Source of the DNA: Cenococcum geophilum
Lineage: Eukaryota
DNA: 64,000 bases
NCBI GenBank assembly: GCA_050273025.1
Contig: CP158635.1
Coordinates: forward strand, 7,130,001-7,194,000
Reading direction: 5' to 3'
Of the stretch, positions 1 to 10,043 are shown one piece after another. The notes beneath the pieces were generated by a model. That model had not been told where the DNA came from, did no database searches, and saw nothing but the letters and a program-made list of their open reading frames with translations. A program made the translations under genes and the position numbers. Numbering within the stretch: position 1 is the stretch's first letter; every line of letters starts with the position of its first letter.

Positions 1-1011
1 AAATTCCTATAAGCGTTAGTAAGATTATACCACTTTTAAAAGTAGTGAAAGCTTACCTAACTACTACACGGCCTACTAGCTGTGCGTATAAACAAGGATG
101 CAGTAATTATAGATATGGTTATTGAAAAGGAAATATAGAGTGTTCTATATACTGCTATAGAGGGAAGCCCTATATAAATTAACCAACAGAGGGTTCTGTA
201 AAGCCTCCTATAAGAGGCCATAGAAGGCTTACTAGTACTTAGCTCAGCCCTTAATTAAAGCGAGCCTAATAGGAAACCTTATTGCAAAGCCCTATACTAC
301 CTTAATTAATAATAGTAAATTAAAAAGGTAATTAATTAAGCCTACCACAAAGGCTGCGTAAGGCGAAGGAAAGGAAGATTATAAAGCGAGTAAGGTTGGC
401 GTAATTAGGAGAAATCTAAATCGTAATTACGCTAAACCTAAATAGGCAATTAGTCTACGGCCGGTAGAACCTCAGAGGGCCTATTTTTTTAATAGATCTT
501 AGTGAGATTAGAGCTTTATAAGATTTTTAATTTTTAGTATTAGGGAACGTAATTAATCACCCCCTACCTAATTAGCTTCTACTACTTATAGGCTATATCT
601 ATAACGCGGAAAAGCCTTTAAATGTACTTATTAATCGCAGCGTAATCTAGTTTAGATGGAATTTGATAATATTATAGTGGTTAGGGGGGGTAGTAAAATT
701 TAATCTCTAGAGCCTTACAAAATCTCATTAGAAAATTAAGATCTTGTATTTTTATTCTAAATATGCTCCATTAGATAATCAATTGTAATATTAAGGATAT
801 ATTACTACTTATTTTACACCTAAAATCAATTAAATTATATATTTACTATTATTTGCAACCATCTACTACACTATATTTTCTAAATATGCTCGTAGAAACG
901 GCCAAAAAGCTCCACCAAAAGGCTTTGTATAGCTTTAAAAGTTCAATATAATATTAAATCTTTTCCGGAATGAAGCAATTGTTCCGGAATCAAGACGATA
1001 AAACCGATACA
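1..1011 (+). mobile_element. 3' remnant of a Ginger2/TDD-like integrase-type DNA transposon (RIP-degraded)
   Basis: A frame starting near nt 36 reads SCAYKQGCSNYRYGY*KGNIECSIYCYRGKPYIN. Reverting TAT->TGT/CAT gives CxCKxGCxxxRCxCxKxxxxCxxYCHxxxxCxN, the Cys-rich tail of KRBA2/Ginger-like integrases. The AT-rich tail ends in ...CCGATACA at 1011 (these elements end in ACA). The left end is outside the window. Confidence 0.4.
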
Positions 1012-1394
1012 CGATTTGTTCCTCTTTGAAGACGATCTGTTCTGGTATAAAGCAGAAATAATCCGGAACGAGCCGTGTGCCGGTATAGGGCAGAACAGGT
1101 ATCAAGTAATTGCTAATCTATGCGCGCTTACTAATCAGTATTTGTACCAACTTAATGGTATAAGTAAGTTATATCCCGGGGCACGAAATACGTATAGTAT
1201 TGTATGCTCTTTAAGATGATGGTAACTGTCTCTTATATTAAAGCAGACTACGTGGTCTATATACTGATGCGACCTCCCCCCTAATTAGTCAGTGCTCCAT
1301 AAGTGCGCCAGACGCGTAAGCGGGTGGTTGGTGCACTGAACGCGTAAACGCGTACCTGGCGTACCGAACGCGTAGGCACGCGGTTAGTACGACA
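1012..1394 (-). mobile_element. LTR-like fragment
   Basis: On the minus strand it starts TGTCGTAC, has GC-rich ACGCGT repeats and a TATATAG box. There is no partner LTR or TSD in the window. Confidence 0.3.
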
Positions 1395-1449
1395 GGTGCT
1401 GTAATTATACATTAAGCTTAAAGTAGAAAATAGAAGTATAGATTAAATC

Positions 1450-2583
1450 CTTTACTAATGTTGCTTATATATTAAACGTAATAGAATTATATACCAATTA
1501 TTTAAGATCCTTAAGTAAAGATAAATTATTAATATTCGGCTCCCCACCGTTAAAAAATATATTAAGACGATGGTATCGACTACGCGCCTTTATTGGCACA
1601 CTATTATAGAACTTTTTCCATTTTCTTTCTCTATCTAAATTAGCTATAAATGCCTATACTAGGCGGGAAATGCGTTAATTTATAACTGGGGATTGTACTC
1701 CTACCTTATACTCATAAGTAGAAGAAGTGCTAGTCCCTAAAGAGAGTATAAAATCTAGTTAACCCTTATCTAGCTAGAGAAATTAGTATTTTTAAAAAGC
1801 GATAAAATAAGGATTATTAAACTTAAGGCCACCATCTTAGTAAGTGCTTAGGTTATTAAATACTTTAGGCTTAAAATATTATAGAGCTGTAGATATATAG
1901 AAAGCACTTCCCCAAGGCAGTTAATAGGAAACTTAAGTTAGGAAGGTAGGCTCTAGAGACTTACGCTTTACTAATTAATACGTTATACTTTAGTTGCTAA
2001 GCCTAAATAAGTTAATACCCTTAAGTTAATATTAGTAAAATCGGATAAATAAATACCTTTAACTTATATACCGCACTCCCAAGATCTTTATCCTTTATTA
2101 TAGTTTAATATTAAATAAGGTATTATTAGAGGCGCAGTTATTATCGTTACCGCGACCTTTATATTATTCTTTAGTAGATTAAATATTTTAGGAGAAATAC
2201 CTAGGCTCTGTTAGAACGCGCTCTTAATAGCAGATAAATTATACTAATAGTCTCTAATAAGAGCGCTAATAAGTCTTTAAATTTTTCTTATTAGGGAAAG
2301 GCGTCCTTCCTAATCTTATAGAAAAGTCTTTCTAGTAAGCTCCTTAAATCAACGGAGAGACTCTTAAAGATTATATAGTATAAAGTATATATTAATACTA
2401 ATTAGGCCGCCTTAAAAATATATTAGGAAATAAATTATCTAGCTAGTAACTAATATATACTAACTAAGGTCCCATAAATATAGTTAAAATAATCCTAGAG
2501 CGGGCAACTAAAATACTAAACTTGTTGCTTATATAATTAAGGAAAGTAAGAGGTATAACGCTATAAATACCGCCTCTATCTAT
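1450..2583 (-). pseudogene. Patatin-like phospholipase (Starship auxiliary-type PLP), 3' part
   Basis: Minus strand gives IDRGGIYSVIPLTFL (DGGGxRG), CPL*DYFNYIYGTLV/intron/GGLI (GTSxG) and STAL*YFKP...TY*DGG (SAAPxYF, DGG), with many RIP stops. Confidence 0.8.
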
Positions 2584-2854
2584 TATTATTATTATTAGTT
2601 CTATTTATTGCCCAATTCGGTCCCTTTTCAGGTCCATGTAGGCTACTACCTATCTATATAGGAAAAAAATCCCCTTAAGGGGGAAAAACCTAAGTATTTC
2701 CTTGCCGCTAGTAATACGCGTTCCGCCTTCGCCTAGCTAGTATATCTTTGTGTCTTTTGTCTGCCTTGCGTACCATACTTCCTAGGTATATCGGAAGATC
2801 TAGGGGGAGGGAGTGGTAGGAGGGTCTGGCGATTCGCCAGTGTGCCGCCTATGG

Positions 2855-3274
2855 CTAGGCGGGGGGTGACCAGTCTCTAAGGGGCTGGAGGGGGGCGTGT
2901 CCTATAGTGTCCTCCTGTTGGATCTTATGTGCAGTTTAGAACTGCTGGAGGACTCCTTATCCTATAAGCCATTTTGCTACTACTTGTAGGCCTCTGCTTA
3001 TAAAGAGCATCCAGTTAATATCATTTGTGCCTACGCTAGCGAGTAGCTAGTCCCTTGCTGAGCGGTGGCTGCAAAATAGTAGTATATAGCGTACTGTCTG
3101 AGCGGGCCATCCGCATATGCACTGAGGTGTGGTACTTAGGACATAGACGCCCGCGAGCCATGCGTTTAGGCCTAGGACCTCCGTCCGTAGTAGGAAGGCG
3201 GCTATAGACTCCGCTTTCGTTAGTCCTTCGTATAGGGGGAGAGTTGGTATTAACTATGGGGTGTTCCATGTGGC
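2855..3274 (-). pseudogene. C-terminal zinc-knuckle segment of Tad1-like LINE ORF2
   Basis: LYEGLTKAESIAAFLLRTEVLGLNAWLAGV...PQCICGWPAQTVRYILLFC...VAKWLIG*GVLQQF (CxCGxxxQTxxHxLxxC motif). Confidence 0.85.
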
Positions 3275-3562
3275 TAGAATACATTTGCATTGCAGAGCTA
3301 CGAGAGTTATATACAAAGTAGAGTTGCGGAGGCCCTCTTGCCCGGGCCCTCTACTATAGTTTTCCACTTCGGACGCCCCTTGACGTCTGTCTACTTCCAC
3401 AGCAGCCAGCCAGCTAAAACTAGCCACTGCCTATGTGTACCTGATTTGCTCCATAAGCCTATCCTTACAGCCTACTCTACCTAGATAAACCGACACGCAC
3501 GTCCGTCCTTTTAGGCTATACAGACAGTGTCGTCGATAAGGTGTTAATCCTTCCTCCGAGAT

Positions 3563-3776
3563 AGGTCCACCAGGAGTCAGAGCCTAGTAAAGGGGTGAGG
3601 TTCCTAGAGTCGTCCGTCACTGCCATTGTATACCACGCCCCACAGCCGTTACCAGCTGCTTCGCGTTACCTGTGACGCTCTCGCGACAATAGGCCGACCG
3701 TGTCTTGCAGGCGTGGGCCCATAATAACTCGACACCGCACAGCTATCGTCCCTCAGCCGCCTACTAACCAAACTTG
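3563..3776 (-). ncRNA. Candidate structured RNA motif, copy B
   Basis: Diverged repeat of 4623-4835 with conserved single-stranded blocks and compensatory stem changes (see findings). Confidence 0.55.
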
Positions 3777-3832
3777 TTGTCCTCCTATCTTAACCAACAC
3801 CTGCATCTAGGTCCGTTCCAGCCTACCTATAC

Positions 3833-3985
3833 AGGTTCGTCCTAGCTCTTTCTTAGTCCGTTCCGGATTAACGTCGCCGCCTAGAGAAAGGTTAACGCCG
3901 CTACGTTTATAGGTTCGTCCTAGCTCTTTCTTAGTCCGTTCTAGATTAACGTCACCGCCTAGAGAAAGGTTAACGCCGCTGCGTA
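3833..3985. repeat. Tandem duplication, 78-bp unit x2
   Basis: aggttcgtcctagctctttcttagtccgttc...agagaaaggttaacgccgct occurs at 3833 and 3911. Confidence 0.9.
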
Positions 3986-4622
3986 GAAAGGGCAGGTAGT
4001 TATATATTAGCTAATAATATAGTAGAGTTCAACATGCCTACTTATCTAGGCCTCTACCCCAGTTTTCTAGTACTTTAGTCCTAGTCTACAAGCAGTTAGC
4101 TGCTACCACCTAATACGGGGATTCTCACCAGTTCTTTCAGATATCTTATAACGGGATTAGCCCGAGTACTAGTCCGCCCCCCCGTGGTCTATATAAGAGT
4201 TTCCTCCTAGAGTTAGTACGCTTTCGCACGGCTTAAGAGCCTTCTATAGCCTCTAGTTTTACGCTTCTCTTTATTATTTCCGCCAGCACGGGCATAAGCT
4301 GCCATTTGCAGGGGTCGCAACTCCCATTTTACGCGCCTATTGGCGTAGTCCTACAAGGGCGTCGTGGCTGCATCCTGTAATGTAGCTAGGTATACCTTCT
4401 ACGGTTAAGGCTTAGCCAAAACCTCTCCCGCCTAAGTAACTCCTGTTTGCTCCTTAAGCGTACCTTACTAGCGTACTACCCTAGTGAGCAGCCGTACTGC
4501 CCTAGCGAGCAGCCGTACTGCCCTAGCGAGTAGTCCTATCTATTGGTACACCAACACGCGCATCCGTTCTCTCGAGCTACGTAGTAGTCTCTTTAGCTAG
4601 GACGTAATCCTATCTACCTACC

Positions 4623-4835
4623 AGGTACACTAGGGGTTAGAGCCTAGCTAAGGGGTAAGGTCCCTAGAGCCAGCAGTAGCTATTATATACTACGCCCCGC
4701 GGGCCTTTTAGTTCCCGTTTCGCGTTACCTATAAAAGTCTCCTTATAATAGGCCGACCGTGTCTTATAGGAGGGGGCCATAGACTAGGTCCCGTGCTAGG
4801 CGACCTGTTCCCCCCTCTCCTACTAACTAAGCTTG
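4623..4835 (-). ncRNA. Candidate structured RNA motif, copy A
   Basis: Diverged repeat of 3563-3776 with covarying stems. Confidence 0.55.
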
Positions 4836-5647
4836 TGTCCCCCCTTTTTATAAGCTGGCCTGTGTCTTTAACTGTTAAGGACCTCGTCCGACTGGCCTGT
4901 GTTTCCTTAGAGCCTCCCCCATATATATACGCGTTAGGTTGCGTGCACCACGCCTATTAAGACCCTCCTGTGAGTCGCCTGGTCGAACGCCATGGGGCCG
5001 TCGAAGCTGGCCTGTGTTTCCGCTGCCTAGAGCTTTGCCCGTGTTTCCACCTCGTCGAGCCATCTGGTCGCCGTCGCGTCGCCGTCGCGTCGCTGTCGCG
5101 TCTGTCGTCTAGGTCGCGCGCACCACGCCTATTAAGACCCTCTTCTGAGTCACCTAAGTGTTGGGTAGTACCAGATAGGCCCTTGTAGAGGGGCCTTAAT
5201 GAGTTTTCTAGGCAGGGCCTTAATAAGTTCTTCGCGGTGGCCTTGGGGCCTTAATAAGTTTCGTACGAGGTGCCTATAACGCGTTAACCTTAACAAGTTC
5301 TTATAAAAGGAGGTTCCCTACACCCTTGCCGCATCCCTTTGCGATCTTAGAGCTAGTGCAAGCCTAAGGGTGTCCTGTTGTACGCCTAGGGCGCGTCTAC
5401 GTCGACTGGCTATGATAAGACCAGTTTCGGGCCTGGCTACGAGCCAGGTAGTCGTACATCGGGTGGTTTTCGTATCCCAGTTTCCCTTGATAGGCCTCCC
5501 TAGGTGGTAGAGCAGGAGCCTTAAGCGGAGGCAGTAAGGCTCCTGGTGTTGTTGAGGGCGATGCTTTGGTACGCGTCGCGGGCTCAACACCACAGAACCG
5601 CGACGACAGCGCGTTGCATGCGCTGCGACGGCTCCCTACCATCGCCT

Positions 5648-5732
5648 CTGCACTTAGCCATCAAAAGGAACGAATTCCTGATGATGTTTCCACCCGCGGC
5701 GACGTGGACGCGTGCAGTAGGGCTTCGCGGGC
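5648..5732 (-). ncRNA. HDV-like self-cleaving ribozyme
   Basis: Minus strand: P1 GCCCGCG/CGCGGGU (G1-U wobble), J1/2 AAGCCCUA, P2 CUGCAC/GUGCAG, P3 GCG/CGC, L3 UCCACGU, P1.1 CC/GG, P4 CAUCA..AGGAA-UUCG-UUCCU..UGAUG, J4/2 GCUAA with the catalytic C. G1 is the first base of the element. Confidence 0.93.
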
Positions 5733-7200
5733 TACCGCCTCTATCTATGTAAAGAACATAAGTACTAGCTATAGGTGGAATAAATTAAAAGTTAGATGTT
5801 TTTTAAGGTACCCTATAAAATAAGTAAAAAGAAATCCGCAGTCGAAGACCTTCTTAGGTATTCTTATTAGACAGTAAAAGCAAGATTTATAGCTCTTAAA
5901 CAGCGCGAATTATAGCTAAAAATACTTAAGTCGTTAATAATATATAAGTAAGGCACTCTCTATAGCGGGCTATAATACCATTTTTATAAATAAGGCTTCT
6001 ATTTCCTCTTAAACGGCTAAAATAAATTTTTATTGCACATCTTTATAGATAGTATAATTAAAAATCGCGTTTCTGTAAGTATCTGCGAAAAGCGCATTAA
6101 AAATAAGCAATAGGAGGAAATCTACGCCGATTAGCTGAATAGTTAATTAGTATATTATACGACTCTTATAATAAAATCCTGGCGTATAACTTACTAGTAA
6201 TAAAGCAGAAGCAGTTAAAGGTACTACAAAATGCCATAGCTACGCCTGGCTTGGCATTTTACTAATTAATTCTTATAGATACTTTTAAAATTCTTACGCG
6301 GTAAATCCTTAAGGATAAGATAACTAAATAAAATAGAAAAAGGACTTATCTAAGTAAAATTGGTCTATTATAATTGTAGAAAGCGCCTTAAAATAGCGCA
6401 TATTAAAGAGAAATCTGTTATATTAGTAGGCCTATATAGCCTTAGTAAAGACTAAAAGAAGGCGTTTATGTAATACGAAGGAACGGACACTATAACTCCA
6501 TTTCTAATTTAATCTAAGGACTTAAATGCTATAGAAATGGGCACCTAAGTTTTTTTTAATTTTATTTTCCCGTTCGTATTCCTTAATACTTTTTATAACT
6601 ATTCTTATATTAGTTTAGAGCTTAGCCTCCGTAATAGACGGGTTAAATATAATAGATAAAGTATTAAGAACTATAAGTATATAAGGAAGAGTAGATTAAG
6701 GGAGGTTATATAGTAGAGGCTTAGTAGCTTAGTATACTAAATGCTTTAATATACCGTAAAGCCCGCTTAGGTTAGAAGCAAAATAATATATAATATTTAA
6801 AAGAGGAGCAAGGATATAAGCAGAAAGAGAATTTATAATTTCTTTCGCTAAGCAATGGCCTAATTGCAACTATTTAATCTATCTTACTATTTTATACCCA
6901 TTTTATAGGCTAGGTGCAAAATCTAATAAACTGTAATTATAGATCTTAGAGTTAATGTATATTAAAGGGCTATTATCTCTTTATATCTTTAAATTACTTT
7001 AAAGGTAGACCTAATAGTAGGAGCTTATTAAAGATAGATTGTTCTTCCTACTAAGGATTTGCCTAAGGAGCTTAGATTTAGTTTGTCTACCAATTAATAT
7101 AATAAAGGAAGGAGTTACGTTAGGCTTTAACAAAAGAAACCTAAAAGTATAACAATAAACTCTTAGTACGCTCTTACTCCTTATATAGGTAATCCTTATC
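5733..7200 (-). pseudogene. Patatin-like phospholipase, 5' part
   Basis: Reads ...FYLFYRVP*KTSNF*FIPPIASTYVLYIDRGG (CxxC...PPTAGxRVLxIDGGG) into the TSD. The upstream N-terminal region includes PSFIILIGRQTKSKLLRQIL. The start is approximate. Confidence 0.75.
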
Positions 7201-7776
7201 TAGGGTAGGTTGTTTATACTTAGGCGGAAAGAAATGTAATTAGTATTGGCTTAAGTTCTACTATTTAGCAGGGACTATCGGCTATTTATATTTCCGAAGT
7301 AGGCCTATTACGCTTATAATCCTAGCGCTCTGTTCCAAATTCTATATACGCCGGATCCGAAATCCGAAATCTAAAATCTAGAATCTAGAATTTAGCTTAG
7401 CGTAAGCCGGATCGGAAAAATAAAATGCGCGATTTAATATTTTAACCGTGCTCCTTACGTTAGGAAACCGAATTATAACTCTAGAGTTTAATTTCCCTAG
7501 AAAGTAGCAGCTATAGGCATTTTCTTTCTAAGCAAGAATATAGCGTTTTAACACCCTATACGAGGAGTAGGTATAAGGAAGGAATTTATACACATCATTC
7601 TTATATTATTTATATAAGCTTATAGGATTTCTGCTTCGCGCTTTATATCTTTAAAGCTCTTTACCTATTAATAATTACTACTACTTTAAAGCTCCTATAT
7701 AGGTTTCTACTTTAATAGGAAGTATCCTCACTATTTAAGTATAACTACTTACGGTCCTAATAATTAGTTATAAAGA

Positions 7777-8553
7777 ATATTGCTACTTAATCTGCCGAAT
7801 AAAATATTATTGTTAATAGCTAAAAACCTATAAGTAGAGGGAGATATTAACGCTTTCGCCCGGACAAATAACCGCCTTTATAATATTTTAAATCCCTACC
7901 TTTATCGCTATAACGTTGAATGGAAGGATAGCATAGTACTTATATAGGCTGCGAAACGAGGACAAGATATAACTGCTTAAAAATCTCTTAAAGCTGCTAA
8001 AATTGGAGTAGTAACTTAATATCAATACTACAGGCGTGCGGATTTATTATAGGCAGTAAAGAACGGATATAAATTGGTAGTATAGCTAATAATTAGAAGT
8101 AGACTTAGTAGTCTTAACCTAGAGGACTCTTCGCATGAGCTGTTATGCGCTATAAGGTTTAGGCAAACGGCAGTAGTGTAGCTACTTTTAGAAAGTGTTA
8201 ATGTGAACTATAAGTAGGGAAACGGCTAGATACTGCTATTATTAACCATAGAAAAGGGGTACAAAGATATAGTTTAACTACTTTTAGAATATAAAAATGT
8301 TTATATTAATATAAGAGACTGCTTTAGTCGGACACTACTATTATAGGTAGTCGATTATAAGTATAATATAGTAGTATAACTTCTAGTTAAGTATAGGGGT
8401 ATTAATATTAACTTAAAGGACTTTTTAGGTAGAACGCTATTATCCATAGCTAAAGTATATAGGGATGCTATAATAGTCTAACTGCTTTTAGAGTGCGAAA
8501 GTAATAGTCTAAAATCTATAGACTAGTATAATGATGCAAGCGGTCCTTTAATT
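7777..8553 (+). pseudogene. F-box-like plus ankyrin-repeat protein
   Basis: LLNLPNKILLLIAKNL...INAFARTNNRLYNILNPYLYRYNV...*AAKRGQ, followed by ankyrin repeats such as G*ILLLLTIEKGYKDIV*LLLEYKNVYINIRDCFSRTLL and INLKDFLGRTLLSIA. Confidence 0.75.
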
Positions 8554-10043
8554 TAATATTAAAGGATAGATAAAGATTAACCTAAAGGTAGTCTAGCTTT
8601 AGTATATAGATTAATTAGCAGGTCTATAGTTCTTAATAATATAATAAATATAAAATTCTATAGATTAGCTAACCCTTCTTCCCGCTAATTAATGCAATTA
8701 TTTCCTATATGCCTTAAGTAGATACTAGAAATGGTAAATTATACTAAACACTATCTATAAATAGGTTTATATCTCTATCTTATTAAATCCGGTCTTTTAA
8801 ATCTAGGCCTTTATAAAGCTAACGCTTTCTAGCTTTCCCCTCTATATAGTAGGCTTTAGGGGATAGGCTTTGTCGACGACACAAACCTAATTACATACGG
8901 GCCAACAGCCGCAGAAAATTGCAGAATACTAGAGAAAGCTTATAACACCTGTATAGAATGGGCAAGACGACATAGAGTCCAATTCTCACTAGAGAAATAC
9001 CAGCTAATCTACTTTATAAGAAAACGCAACCAATCTATAGATCTTTAGTATATAATCCGCATTTAAGGCTTTAGGGGTTAACCAGTTTAGGGTCTAAGGG
9101 TATTAGAAGTATAGGTAGACAGCAAGCTCCGGTGGAGCGCATATACAATATAAGCGGCCTATAAGGGCCAAGCACAGTACATCACATTATCCAGGATTGT
9201 TAATTCTATATAGGGTCCATGCTTCTAGAGGTCACGCCTACTATATATAGCAGTTGTCCGGCCAACCATAACATATAGGTCCAGTATTTAGGCCATTAGA
9301 GAATCTAAGAAAGGCCCCCCTAAATCGCTCCTTAAACTACTCTAAAAGGTCTAAATAGCCTGCCTTTAGAGTATAACAGGCGGATATAAGCAAACAGCCA
9401 CAGCACTGCTTAAAAAGGAAGCCAATATTCCCCCCCTATAACTATATATTAAAGCCGCTGTAATATAAAGGGCGCAAAATAAACGTAACTCTAATGTTAT
9501 AAAGTATATTAAGACACGCCTAAATAAACTATAGAGGGACCCTAGGGCGCCCTATAGGAGAATAAACCAACAACCCTAAAGTAGGGAAGATATATTAGAG
9601 AAATAGGTAAAGAAAGTAAAAGAAGAATAGTGCTGCTTTAGGGCCCAGGCCTATATAGAGAAGGAAGGGAGACGTATAAGAGGCTAGTAAAGATAATAGT
9701 AAGAGAGAGAAAGGAGCAAAAGTAGAGTATAAAAGAATGCTAGGAAACTATCTACCGCAATATAATACTGGCTGGACTAACGCTAGAGAGGTATATAGGA
9801 GTTAAAGGTACAGAGGCTAACTAAGGCAAGAGGAACCTAAGCCGTAGCATAGTTAACGCTATAGGGGGTAAATACTTTAGGGCTCCAAGAAGGCCTAACG
9901 AAGGCAGAAAATATAATGGTAATACTCTTAAGAATAGGAATAATAGGACTAAAAGACTGGCTCTACTGGGTAGGTGTCCTAGTAGGTAGCCTGAGATGCG
10001 AATGTAGCTAGCTAAGATAGACACCAAAATACGTAATACTGTT

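Larger units (their letters stand above)
2584..5732 (-). mobile_element. Non-autonomous non-LTR retroelement (SINE-like) with 5' HDV-like ribozyme and LINE 3' end
   Basis: 16-bp TSD taccgcctctatctat at 2568-2583 and 5733-5748, (TAA)n tail at 2584-2597, LINE ORF2 C-terminus at 2855-3274, and no RT or endonuclease recognisable inside. It interrupts the patatin DGGG motif. Confidence 0.9.

Noticed and set aside
3833..3985. Twister ribozyme in the 78-bp tandem unit
   Set aside because: A TAAC-stem pattern is present, but the conserved L4 and pseudoknot pairings could not be built.
5190..5310. Hammerhead cores in the ggccttaat(g/a)agtt repeats, and CTGATGA at ~5678
   Set aside because: There is no correctly placed GAAA or closing stems; the CTGATGA is the antisense of the HDV P4.
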